A stretch of DNA of 64,000 nt from Octopus vulgaris (taxonomy: Eukaryota). Positions 28,255 to 40,701 of the stretch are shown piece after piece (the stretch's first letter is position 1; every line of letters starts with the position of its first letter). The DNA is taken from contig OX597825.1 of NCBI GenBank assembly GCA_951406725.2, forward strand, positions 38,440,001 through 38,504,000, in the 5' to 3' direction. Position numbers and translations under genes: made by a program. The notes under the pieces are model-generated. The model searched no databases, had not been told where the DNA came from, and saw only the letters and a program-made list of their open reading frames with translations.

Positions 28255-28818
28255 GTGGGTGTAACCAGCTCACTTATGCGTACCTTTCTTTCATTGGACA
28301 CTAAACTCTGCTTACGTAGACCTGTTGAGGCAAGGGAAATCAAAATCGAAATCAAATTCTATTACTGGCATCTGTGCTAGTAGAGCAATAAGAGTACCTT
28401 ACGAGCGTGATCATTGCCAGAGCAACAAACTGGCCTCTGTGCCACTGGCACGTAAAAAGCACCATTCGAACGTGATCATTACCTGCATCGCCTTACTGGC
28501 ACTTGTGCTGGTGGCACGTCAAAAAACATTCGAGCGAGGTCGTTGCCAGTGCCGCTGGACTGGCTCCTGTGCAAGTGGCACTATTTGAGCGAGGCCGTTG
28601 CCAGTACCGCCTGACTGCCCCTCGAGCCTGTGGCACGTAAAAGCACCCACTACACTCTCTGAGTAGTTAGCGTTAGGAAGAGCACCCAGCTGTAGAAACT
28701 CTGCTAGATCAGATTGGAGTCTGGTGCAGCCATCTGGTTCGCCAGACTTCAGTCAAATCGTACAACTCATGTAGCATGGAAAGCGGACGTTAAACGACCA
28801 CGATGATGATGATGATGA
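28255..28818 (+). mobile_element. Cephalopod SINE body with internal ~60 bp tandem units and an RTE-type 3' tail
   Basis: Repeated TGGCACGTAAAAAGCACC..CGAGCG units; ends AGCATGGAAAGCGGACGTTAAACGA..(GAT)n. Confidence 0.75.
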
Positions 28819-29734
28819 TAACAATTAACTACCAATCCCATGTCACATTTACGTAAGCTTTAGCTTGCATGCATGGCATGACATTGTATGGACTTTTTCT
28901 ACTCATAGATAATACTAATGAAACCTTGTAGACCAGATCTAAGCCTACCGCTTACGATAATAATTCTTTTCCTATGTCTTTTACGCTCAATTTTATAAAA
29001 TATAGCATTTCTCTAGACAGAAATTAAAGGTGATATAGCAACAATTTCTAGCAAGGCCATATATCTATAGTAAGTTTATCTCCTTAGCATAAGTGAATAA
29101 TATTAATATATAACAGTCATAAACTCAAGGAAAGGAATGTGACGATAGTTATGCTCTCTGATTTACTAGATATGTTTCGTTTGATACTTCGATTAAACTA
29201 TTGAAACTAATTACTTAACGTTAATAATCTCAAATTGCATACAAGTTAATAACAGTAGTAAATGATCACTACGTTACATTCAGTAATTTTAATGTCACCC
29301 GTGATGGTCCACGATTGTATAAATCGTTGGTTAGGTAAAGAAAATATTCGGATAGAGTGCATTTATATCTGAGTTTGATGAGTAAAGGAAAATGCACAGT
29401 CTAAGACAAATAAAATTAGAACCTGTTGTAAATAGTAAAAGTCACACGTACATACATCTCTCTGTTGCTTCATCTAGCTCTCTAATTCAAACTAATCACA
29501 CTCCTCACTAAGCGAATCCTTGTGTATGTGTGTTCGTGTGTGTGCGTATGTATGTATGTGTAAGAATATGTCTATATACCTCATTGTGTTTCTCACCCTC
29601 TCACGATATACAAATACACATGCACACACAACCAGTAACACACAGCCACACACACAGCCACACACACAGCCACACACACAGCTACACATACACACAAACA
29701 CACATACACACATACATACACAGGCACACATGCA

Positions 29735-29765
29735 CTAGCGTAGTATCCCGTTGCTGCGGGACACA
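29735..29765 (-). mobile_element. Helitron 3' terminus (second family); element extends to higher coordinates, 5' end not located
   Basis: Reverse complement TCCCGCAGCAACGGGA hairpin, then TACTACG-CTAG-T. Confidence 0.6.
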
Positions 29766-31624
29766 TATAAAGTCGGATTTTCTCTGTTTTAACGAGAAGT
29801 TTTCAAAATTTGCTTCATCACATCCTTTCAAATAATATGGGCAAGAAGGATTTTATGAATTTTTAGAAAATTCCTCCATTCCTTATGAACCGATTCCTCG
29901 ATTTTTATTTTGAACTTAAAACAATGGTAAACGCATTTTAGTTAAAAAGAAAAAAAATCAGAATCTGTATGATTTCTTTCAGCCCAACTCCCACTTTCAG
30001 TACCGATTTTAGCTCACTTGTAACAAAAAAAAAAAAAAAAGAGAAGAAAAGAAAAATGAAACGTTTTGGAAATCCCCACCTCCTTTATTTTTAAACAGAA
30101 TGGTTTTTGATTAATTGCAGCTCCCATGAATCCAAAGATTCCGGCTTCTTTCGAATTCTTTTTTAGTTATATTTTTGAAATACGGACAGTCCGTATCTAC
30201 TATTTGTTTCCATTTATAATTTGAGAATAATATTCAGACAAAAAGGTATCTAATTTAAGGGTGATCAAACTGTTGTTTCTAGCAAATCTCACGACCACTT
30301 AGTGCCTTCCTCGTCTATTTGTCACTCTTGTTTAGATCAAGTGTGGTCATGGATGACGGGTGGTTACGAGATTTAAGCAAGAACACCAAAAAGATTTCTA
30401 ATTTAAACTTTTAACTCACCCCCTCACTCACCGAATACGTGTGTATGTGTGTACGCGTCCGAACGTGTGTGTAAGAATAAACATACATATAAATACTCTA
30501 ACGTATTCATAAATCTCTCTGCCACATTAATGAAATTCCTTAAACACATGCATACACAGAAAAAGCATAAATATAAATCTTATTTTGTTTCTATCACACA
30601 TTTTGAAAATATAACATTAAATGAAAATATTGAAATTAGGTATACTGATGTAATTTTTCACGTTGAATCCAATTTTGCGAATCATTTATTACAGAAAAAG
30701 TAATATACTATAAAGGTTTAAAATTTGATAAATAGTGCGTGATAGTTGTGTGACATAAACTAAAATTAAGCGATACAAGAAATCTTGAACAAAGTGAAAT
30801 CAATTATATGTTGTATGTAGACACAGAGAAGGAGGCATGCATGTAAGATAATATATATACATACAACGAGAGAGCGAGAAGGAGTGTGGTAGGTATATAA
30901 AGAGGGAGGGAAGCAGCAGAAGAGAGACTTCATGGCAGAATGTGGAGATAAAGGGATTATTTCTTGTTGCAGATTATATTTTGTTGTTATTATTATTTAC
31001 GAACTACCTTTTTGGCACGCAAATTTCGAATCTCAGATTCCTCATTTTTCATCAGGACACACCATTTCAGAGAATTTGGGGACGAAACACGCAAATATAA
31101 CCACATACACTCTCATATTTCTACTACAGATATACAGATTTTCTTTGTGTCTTGCAACCCAGTCACTAGTCGTTCTAATAAGCAGTGAGTGTGTTAAATA
31201 TATATATACGTGTGTGTGTTTGTGTGTGTTTGTTTACATATATATATTTTTAATTGTTTCTATCTATATACGCATTATGTAAGTATGTAGGTATGTATGC
31301 ATGACTGTATGTATATGTATATATATATATCAATAGAATCCAAGGAGTGGATGATGCAGGATCAATATAAATGTTTCAATGGAATTCATTGCCTTGTTAC
31401 ATAGCCTATGCTTCTACCATGAAACCAATAATATGGTGGGCATTGATATGCCGAAATCGTAAGTCTACCTCCTTAATGAATACTCACCGGCATGTATATG
31501 TGTGTATATGTTTATGTATATATATATATATGCGTGTGTGTGTGTGTATAGTGAGAGAGAGAGAGAGAGAGATGGAGAGAGAGTGTGTATGTGTCACCAT
31601 GATTGACCACTAAATCTACAATTA

Positions 31625-31775
31625 CTCCGTATTCTCTCTATTTCTTCGTGTTCTTTTCTGTTGAGGAGCACAGGCCCGAAACGTAAAATACTTTCTCACT
31701 TTCCCGAGCGTCAAACTAATACACTTGCTCATGTTTATACACCTGTCTCCGTCTTTTGCTTTTCTGTAAACTTCA
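31625..31775 (+). mobile_element. Short Penelope-pLTR-like repeat with hammerhead-like motif (copy 2)
   Basis: CTGTTGAG-GAGC-ACAG-GCCC-GAAAC-GT-A; 3' end abuts (AT)n. Confidence 0.65.
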
Positions 31776-31781
31776 AACATA

Positions 31782-31814
<33 letters not shown>

Positions 31815-31849
31815 ATATATATATATGTATGTATATATATATATGTATA

Positions 31850-31946
<97 letters not shown>

Positions 31947-31973
31947 ATATATATGTATGTATGTATGTATAGA

Positions 31974-32155
31974 TGGAATTTACAAAAAACAAAAGACGAA
32001 GACAGATGTATAAACAACAAACTGGTGTATTAGTTTAACGCTCGGGAATGTGAGAAAGTATTTTACGTTTTGATACTACGCTCTTCAACAGAAAGGAACA
32101 CGAGAAAATATGCAGAGAAAAGAAAACAAAGCTGTAGGGGCTAGCGATCAACCAT
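31974..32155 (-). mobile_element. Short Penelope-pLTR-like repeat with hammerhead-like motif (copy 3)
   Basis: Reverse complement CTGTTGAA-GAGC-GTAG-TATC-AAAAC-GT-A; inverted relative to copy 2. Confidence 0.65.
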
Positions 32156-32710
32156 ATATCACAACATGGATAGTGGTCAATACATATAACAACATGGTAT
32201 TACTTTCAAATTATTAGTGCATTACATACAGGGAGACTGTTCCATTTACTTTTGATTCGTGCATGTAACAAGAAAAGGAAAGAGAATATTTAGCCTGTGG
32301 AAAAATTATGTTTATTTCTTTTTAAGCAATTCTAGCTTTTTGCAATGTAAAATCAGAACATACAAAGCTAACTAACAGGAAAATTAACAAAAATCAAGAG
32401 GACTATTGCGCATATAAGTATTCTCTGTTGGAAATTTTACAGAATAAAAGACACAGCATACAATATTTGAAGAAATAACTAGTCGTGTTTTATAAAATAT
32501 AAACCGAAATAAAAAAATCCTTATTAACGTGATAACCACAATAACATTCAAAAGAAAAGCCTACAAACTGGTGTAGATTTCAGGAAACTTAGTATTACAA
32601 ATGTGTTACAAATCACCTGTAAAGTATAAGTATATATGATTTAATGGCATTATTATCGGTTGATGAAAACATCCTATCATATGTGTGTATGCCTGCATGT
32701 ATATTTGCAT

Positions 32711-32757
<47 letters not shown>

Positions 32758-32774
32758 TCTGTGAGTGTATGTAC

Positions 32775-32813
<39 letters not shown>

Positions 32814-32912
32814 GTATGTATATATATATATGTATATATAAGTGTACATACAATTTTTTAAATATATATACACGTGTATGTGAATGTATGCATATATATA
32901 TACATATGTATA

Positions 32913-32950
<38 letters not shown>

Positions 32951-33713
32951 CATATAGATATGCATGTCTACACACACATATAACCATTGCTACATACACA
33001 TATATATATGTATATATATTCGATGCGCTTAGCGCTCAACAACTTTTCTATTCTGTTTTTTCCTCCGTTGCGTATTCACACTTGTTCACGCAGAGTCTGA
33101 TGTAAGCGATAACGTAATGCAAGAACACATCAATAATGAAGAAAACTTACATTTGTTTGAACTTGGTACTCCTGTCTTTCATCTCTTACATTATCTCTTA
33201 TATTATTATTGACAGTATATTATAGCTCACTATAGAATCAATTCGTACGTACACTTCATAGAGTTAGCATGCATATGTAGACACATCGTTAGACTGAGAA
33301 GCGTAATTGCCGAATACTGAAACTTATTTAAGAGACTGAAATAAATAAGAGCCGAATTCTCTCTCACCGCTGTCTCTCTCACTATTTCTCTCTCTTTACA
33401 TATGTATGTATATATCTATATAGATATTTTGGTATATATAGATACGCAAACATTCTACACGCGCGCACATTCATAAGCACACACACTATTATAGAAACAT
33501 GACTAGCTAGTTAGATTGATATTGCCAACCGGGGTCTCTGTCTCATGCTTTCCATTTCTCTCTTTCCCTCTCTACCAGTACATGCACTTACCAAAACATA
33601 TAAAGCTATGCATATATACATACAAACACAGGCATATATATGTACATACATACATATATACATATATACATATGTATGTGTATGTATATATGTACATATA
33701 CATATGTATGTGT

Positions 33714-33784
33714 ATGGACCGTGAAGTCTGGCGCAACATGGTAAATTCCATTGTCTCGACCACGGTCGAACAATGATGATGATG
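33714..33784 (+). mobile_element. RTE-type LINE extreme 3' end
   Basis: MDREVWRNMVNSIVSTTVEQ* (DRxxWR C-terminal motif) followed by a (TGA)n tail. Confidence 0.6.
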
Positions 33785-33794
33785 TATGTATATG

Positions 33795-34002
33795 TTTGTT
33801 TGTCTGCATTTGTCCCCCCAACATCGCTTGACAATCGATGTTTACGTCCCCGTAAATTAGTGGTTCGGCAAAAGTTACCGATAAAAAAGTACTAAGCTTC
33901 CAAAGAATAAGTCCTGGGGTCGATTTGCTCGACTAAATGCGGTGCTCCAGCATGGCCGCAGTCAAATGACTGAAACATATAAAAGAGTAAATGAGTAAAA
34001 GA
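33795..34002 (+). mobile_element. OR1-like SINE 3' half
   Basis: GGTTCGGCAAAAG..ACCGATA...GGGGTCGATTTGCTCGACTAAA.GCGGTGCTCCAGCATGGCCGCAGTCAAATGACTGAAAC and an A-rich tail. Confidence 0.75.
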
Positions 34003-34007
34003 CTATA

Positions 34008-34043
<36 letters not shown>

Positions 34044-34589
34044 TGTATGTAGGTATGTATGTATGTGTATATATGAGTGTCTGTGTGTACTTTCATATCT
34101 ACAGACATACCGAGTGAGGATGAGAGACTGTTAGATTGCATATCTATAGTAATATATGTAGAAAACTGATAAAGTAGATCGTACGAAATCAGTGAGACTC
34201 AAAGCTATACCCCAAAAATCATTAAACTTTTCAATAAAATAAAAATATATATATATATATATACTTTCTTTCCTGAATTTAATATCGGAGAATTTTGTTT
34301 CGAGATAATCGTAAAAAATATATCGTCGACGGGAATGAAAATTTTATTTGCAAATGTGACGCTTTATCAATATTGTCTGAGAATAAATGCTGACTACACT
34401 TCAAAATCACCATAATATACACGACAATTCCACATTCCCCTGTATCTAGCAGATAATCGTGACTTATCTTAGTTACTTTGCAGGAAAGAATTTCCATATA
34501 CACACAAAAATTATTCACAATTTCACTGCCATTAAATGCATATGAGCATCTCTTACCTAAACATACATACTTACACAAACACACACACA

Positions 34590-34626
<37 letters not shown>

Positions 34627-34689
34627 CTTTTTAAAATTATATATATATACATTTATAGTGACTTGGGCAATATGTTGACTTATTGTGTA

Positions 34690-35340
34690 ATAGAAACGCC
34701 ACTCATTCTATGACTAATAATGGGCGAATTATCTGCGAATTCTTTTCTCCATTGCATCTAACTGGCGATAATATACCGTTGCATGAAGCGTTTTGTTTTT
34801 GTTTATAATCTTATGACATACGACTCACGTCACATTCCACCAACCACTGATCATAAGCATTTTCTTTTGTACAGCTATGGCTTGCGGGTGAATTTTCGTC
34901 TTCATTGGATGAGATACAATATTTACAATCATATCTTAGGATATGATTGTAAATAACCCACGTATCATCACTTGTTATTCAAGCCTGGATATATTCCATA
35001 GAAGTTTATTTCTATTTCGAGCAAAATCAACACATTAATTAAGTTGAAACACAGAAAGATTACGACAGATAAGATCCTTTCTTTGTTTATAAAGTTGGTT
35101 GATGTTCGAAGTGTAACTTGATTTAAACTATATTGCTAATTTTCGTGAAATGTGTATTCTATTTTCTTCAATCATAGAATTTAGGATATTTAGATTAACT
35201 GACCTTTTTCATCCGAGCCGAGAATAATATTCGACAGAATTATTTCCCGGGTAAAACTGGACAAAGCATTGTTGTCCTCTCCGCACGCTTCAAGCATAGT
35301 ATCCATAGAAAGAAAATGTTTCGTAGATTATGTTGAATTT
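34690..35340 (-). mobile_element. Highly degenerate mariner transposase relic
   Basis: Minus strand ITSDDTWVIYNH (cf. VTGDEKWVLYDN) and KKMLMISGWWNV (cf. KKVMLSVWWD). Confidence 0.6.
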
Positions 35341-35615
35341 ACACAGTATTAAATTTTATACAGGTCTAATTCAAATCAATTTCAAAAGAGTAAAGTCGAT
35401 AGGAATTTATCCATTAATGTATAAGTTAATCTAAAGACATAAATGTTTACTTTATCCTAAATATTAAAAATGTACTCTCAAATTCATCGTGCCAAAAATT
35501 AGACCAGACTTCCTTTGCAAACTAATACACATGTGTGTGTGAGTGTATGTGTGTGTGAGTGTATGTGTGTGTATGTGTGAGTATGTGTGTGAGTATATAT
35601 GAATGTATGTATGTT

Positions 35616-35647
<32 letters not shown>

Positions 35648-35744
35648 TGTATTTATGTATGTATATATATATATGTATATAAAGAGAGGAGGGATGGATA
35701 AATACATACATAGATATACATTTATATATGTATACATATGTATA

Positions 35745-36302
35745 GAAATTATTCGCACCCCGCCATAACATACCTTTATTATTGTCACTTTGTCTTCTAC
35801 GTATGCGTGCTTATAGTGGGTACTGTGGAGGTTACGTGATCGAAGCTTGAGCCTGATCGCGCCATTTTCCGTTCTGGCGTTACAGTGAAAGTATGGCCTC
35901 TCCACTAGCATTGAGCACCAAAGAAAAAAGAACAGTGCTCCGTGAGATGGTAATGGTGAACCGGTTCACCATTACCATCTCTCGAGGTTGCTGAACCTTC
36001 TCGTCAATGGAGGAGGTTGACAGGCGTCCTGCTCCTTCTTCGTGCGTCACGCTTGACCCGCTAATTTTAGATATCTCGATCCACTCATACAAACTTCTAC
36101 GCGGTAATGCACTGTACTCGTAGTGCTAAAAGCCTCCGATGATTTATGTAAAGCAGGAAAGAAAAAAGGGTGCGATGATGCTGAAACTTTGATCACGTGA
36201 ATACAATAGTAGCAACTTTAAACAAGCATGTGGACTGGCTGTTTGACAGCAATAGAGATACGTTATAGCGTAAGTGCGGATAATTTTTGACTTCACCTCG
36301 TA
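35745..36302. mobile_element. Mariner-derived foldback element with two 5' ends
   Basis: Right TIR TA-CGAGGTGAAGTCAAAAATTATCCGCAC on minus; left partial TIR AAATTATTCGCAC. Plus arm encodes MASPLALSTKEKRTVLR; minus arm encodes YEWIE...SVTHEEGAGRLSTS. Confidence 0.8.
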
Positions 36303-36304
36303 TA

Positions 36305-36347
<43 letters not shown>

Positions 36348-37554
36348 TAATAAATCATATGGTACACACTTGATGGCTTTCCGGTTCACTTTCGCAGACT
36401 TCACAGATTATGTATTTGATGAATGAAAGACACAGAAGATGAAGATCACGAGAATGTTTATTAATCACTACAATTCTAGCATTGGTGCCTTACGAGTGGT
36501 GTACTTAACAACTGCTTAGAAGTATGCGACAGTTTAGATATGACTACAGCTGATTGCAAGATGTATCTCATTAAAATAATGATTGTTCCGTAGGATATCT
36601 TCTCGGTTTGTGTAGAGAAAAGCAGCAAAGGAAATGATACTGCTTCATTTTTATATAAGATCGATCAAAAACATAAATAAATAAATAAATAAAATAACAG
36701 CTGCAAAAAGTAACGAAAACACAACACAGAGTAAGAAGTACTAAATATAACCGTTAACAGATACGGATGTATAACGCCCTCGTTTAGAATGTATGGCGCA
36801 CGTACACTTGCTCGTGAAAACATCCACGAAATGACGAGCTTACTCACAGGCGTGCCTTCGCGCACAGTAAATTAAATATCAAGTTAGTGTTTGTAAGAAT
36901 GGAGAGGCTAGAGTCAAATTTAATTCATTCATACCTGAAAGCAAATTATGATTACTTATTTGGTTAACGGTTACTCAAGTTCATTCCCACTGCATTGGGT
37001 GAAATGGCATTTGTTAGTATATAAGCAGTCGTTGAGTATCCTTCCCGTGAGAGATCGATGCCAGATGGATAAAAGCAACTGTAGTAATTAGTAAACATTC
37101 TGCGTCACCGCCATCTTCTGCGTCACTCATTAATCATATGCATACATACAAATATATGTATACGCGTATATATATAGTCAATTCAAATACGTGAATAAAA
37201 AGGGACAGCATGAGGATGTGCGGACGTGCATTAGAAATGTATGTGCTTGAAGTTCGGTGAAAGGAGAAAATTCGACTTTTCGAGCACATTCAACATTTCG
37301 TAGGAAAATGAAAACTCCACAGGAAAAGTAATCGCCGTTGGGATACTTGTAAATACATGCAAAAAAAAACACACACACAAACAGATACACATACACGTTC
37401 ACACACATAAACACATATACACAAACTCATGCACACACATATATGTTAGAAACGAAATAAAAGCAGGCTAAGTATATCGTCCCACTTTACAGCATCTACT
37501 TTTTTATTCCAACATAATTGTAGTGATGTAAGTGTGAATATGCAAAACCTATTT

Positions 37555-37825
37555 TACAGCAGATTCTGAAATAGCTGTGCATATGGTGCTCATTTCGTTG
37601 AACAATGATTTCCATATATTCCGTCTTCAGGGAGAAAGAATTAAGGAAGGAACATCCGTAATAATTGATACTCCTTAATTCCTTGACAATGGAATTAGTA
37701 ACAACTAATAACTTTTGTTAAAGATTTTCCTTCTTTCTTCCTGAGGCGGAATAGTTACTTTTTATTTGGAAATATTTGCTTAATGAGATATGCAACTTAT
37801 GCACAGCTATTTTAGGAACATATGT
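37555..37825. repeat. Foldback/MITE-like inverted repeat
   Basis: AAATAGCTGTGCATA (37569-37583) pairs perfectly with TATGCACAGCTATTT (37798-37812); inner ATTCCGTCTTCAGGGAGAAAGAA pairs with TTCTTTCTTCCTGAGGCGGAAT. Confidence 0.75.
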
Positions 37826-38049
37826 AAAGTACGTAAAATACATTTACTCTAACAACTCTCCAAGTGAGTTTGAATTATAAATTACAGCTGTAAAGTGAAA
37901 CCACATGCGTACGCTTTTCATACTCCCTTTCTAATATATATCTACCCACGTAATGATGAGCTAATATTGCTATTCACTGAGTCAGCTCTCGACACAATTT
38001 TTGTTTTCGTTGTAGTTTTATCTGTACTCTCTTGTAGCTCTCATTTATG

Positions 38050-38091
<42 letters not shown>

Positions 38092-39309
38092 ACACTCCCA
38101 TACATATATGTATATGACGATTAAATCAACCAAAACATTCAGCGATAGTGGATCGGCAGCAAAAGTAAGTTATGTTGCAAATGACAGTTGTACAAAATTC
38201 CTATATGATTCTAAAATATCAAAAAGTTACAGGTGACATTATAATATGGTGAAATTATATTACCATATTAACATGTCAATTTATATCCGGACAATTACTT
38301 CAGATATCTAGAAAATAGGTACTTTTTTTCATTTGACAAATACACATATTCAAATAGCGTATATTTTGCTAACATACTTTATGGTTACATCTTTGAAAAC
38401 ATATCACCTATTAATAAATATTCTACAAGTGCCATCTTGTAAAGAAATGTTGGAACAGACAGCTGTACTGCAAAATTAGGATAATGAATGGTTGCTTGCT
38501 AGCTGCGAATTTTCGAAATGATAGAGCTTTAAATTCTTTTTTATAGATACTATACATGAAGTGATATACCAGCAGACATACTGAGGTATAATCAACTAGA
38601 AATAAAAATAATCTGAAGTAAAGTACATATGCCAGATGTTCAACTGAGCGTAATGTACCTAGAGACAGAACACGTCCTACATAGTTCGTAACCAAAATAA
38701 TATATGTCTAAATAACAATTACAATTTTGATAAAATAGTAAAACTGAAATATGAAATTCAAATAAAACTATATTAGAATTGTATTTTTACAAGGGAGCGC
38801 AAAAACGTTTTAAACATTAATGTAAGCCAGGACTATGATATGTTGCTTTAGTAATTATGACAAAATATACCAGAATTGATTCTTAACGTCGAACAGTTTT
38901 TAGAATAGTTAGAAGCCTCCCTAGGGATTATTTGTGTCGGTAGACTGATTCATGTGTACAAATACAATGTCAGCTTTGACTTCTATCATTCGGAGGTTGA
39001 TAAATAGAACACTCATTCAGACATAGATATTTAAAGCACCGTTTGTGATATCTTGAGGTACAGATCTGTGCTACTTTCAACTAGCAACAGTCTCACACTT
39101 AAAGGCGAAAACTTTCAAAAGGAATAGTAATGGCGCATCAAATTCAGCACACCTACATGGTAAGAAGTAACCAACGCACCTTGCTCATAACACGCTAAAT
39201 TATATGGCTGAAATATATATGTGGGTGTGCGGGTATAGGTGTTATACATACGCATATACATACACACATTTACATATATGCATACAGATATAAATATGTA
39301 TATATTCGT

Positions 39310-39605
39310 GTTACTTATTCGTGTTATTATTGTTTTTACATATTTTTGTATTCTTATTCGTGTAACATCGTCCGTTTTCCCGTCCTTGTTTTGTATACAT
39401 TCGAGGCTTTCTTCCAAGGAATCTAATGCTCTTGGCTTAGATTTTCCTTTGGGGCTGGCCAGGTCGGAGCAATCTCAAGATTAATCAGCCGAATTTGCGA
39501 GGATGATCCGGTTCTTGACTGAAGATTGAAGGCTTCGAATGTCCCGTCCGTGTTTTTTGTATCGTCTTCTAAATGTTTTGCGTTCTTGTCCCAGTTTCTA
39601 TTTTT
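39310..39605 (+). repeat. Interspersed repeat (copy A); homolog at 45060-45345
   Basis: Shared AATCTAATGCT...GGGGCTGGCC...GGAGCAA...CAGCCGAA...TGACTGAAGATTGAAGGCTTCGAATG. Confidence 0.75.
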
Positions 39606-39623
39606 TTACACATATATACACAC

Positions 39624-39683
<60 letters not shown>

Positions 39684-39746
39684 TATTCATATTTATATGC
39701 GTGTATGTCTGTGTTTATATGCACACACACACAAACATACTTATAC

Positions 39747-40589
39747 TACGTCTGATCAATAATTATCCGGACTGCTCCCATACAAACAAAGCTAAAACAC
39801 GCGGAGTGAAGCCGCTTGGGAAAGATTGATCTTGCTCTCTACTGTGCATGTGAATTAAGTTTCGACATTTTAACTAGGTTCAACTGTTTACAGCAGTGCT
39901 TAGATGGAAGGGTTGTAGCATGTGATTGGCGCATTGGCCATGACACTGGAAGTTGTCATGGCGATACCTGCTCAAAGGCCTACGATAAGTTGCAGAAAGT
40001 GTATGGAGATGAGTATATGACCCACACGAGTGGTTCAGACGTTTCCAAGATGGTAGAATAATGTCGATATTGACAAACGTTCAGGGAGATCTGCAACCAG
40101 CAGAACTGAAAAAATATCTCAGACATGCGTGAAGCTGTGAGGGGAATTCGTCGAATCGTCATCCTTGAGTTATCAGAGAATGAGCAGATTAGTTACAGTT
40201 CCGCTCAGTCCACTATCTCTGAAGATTTGGGTAAGAGATGCGATTCTGTCAAGTTTGTGCCAAAACTGCTTTCAGTTGTCCAAAATGACACAAGATCTTG
40301 ATTGTGTCGAGAACGATAAAAAAGTGTAGAAAACTTTGTCTAGGCCTCTGAATAGGTATTGCCAAGCTTTTCGCAGAATTTGATGTAGATTCTCTGCTCA
40401 ACTTTCCCTGTTATGGTCACTGCGACGATCACACCCTACACTCCTTCCTTCAAAGCACTGCTGCAAACAGCGGAACTGAGTTAAACTAAGTGCACAACAG
40501 CGTCCAAGGTCAATCTGTACCAAGCAGCTAAACTGTTCTTTAAATTCGTTATTATGGCAACAGTCAGAATACTTATTAATCAGACTATA
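39747..40589. mobile_element. Mariner-derived foldback element with two 5' ends (second family)
   Basis: TIRs GTCTGATCAATAATTATCCGGACTG / GTCTGATTAATAAGTATTCTGACTG; ~240 bp inverted arms. Plus arm EWFRRFQDGR, KRSGRSAT, KFVPKLL; minus arm GKVEQRIYIKFCEKLG. Confidence 0.85.
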
Positions 40590-40627
40590 TATATATATAT
40601 ATATTATAGTATTTTATAATGCATCCT

Positions 40628-40697
40628 GGCCGGTTAACTCAGTTGGTTAGATCGTCGTGCTAATAACGCGAATGTCGTGGATTCGAGTCCCATACTG

Positions 40698-40701
<4 letters not shown>
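40628..40701 (+). tRNA. tRNA-Ile(AAT), probable pseudogene
   Basis: GGCCGGT/ACTGGCC-A acceptor stem, TCGTG-CTAATAA-CGCGA anticodon arm, TTCGA T-loop; two D-stem and one T-stem mismatches; no oligo-dT terminator. Confidence 0.85.

Noticed and set aside
28365-28650. CRISPR-like repeat-spacer pattern
   Set aside because: Eukaryotic SINE-internal diverged tandem units; no unique spacers or cas genes
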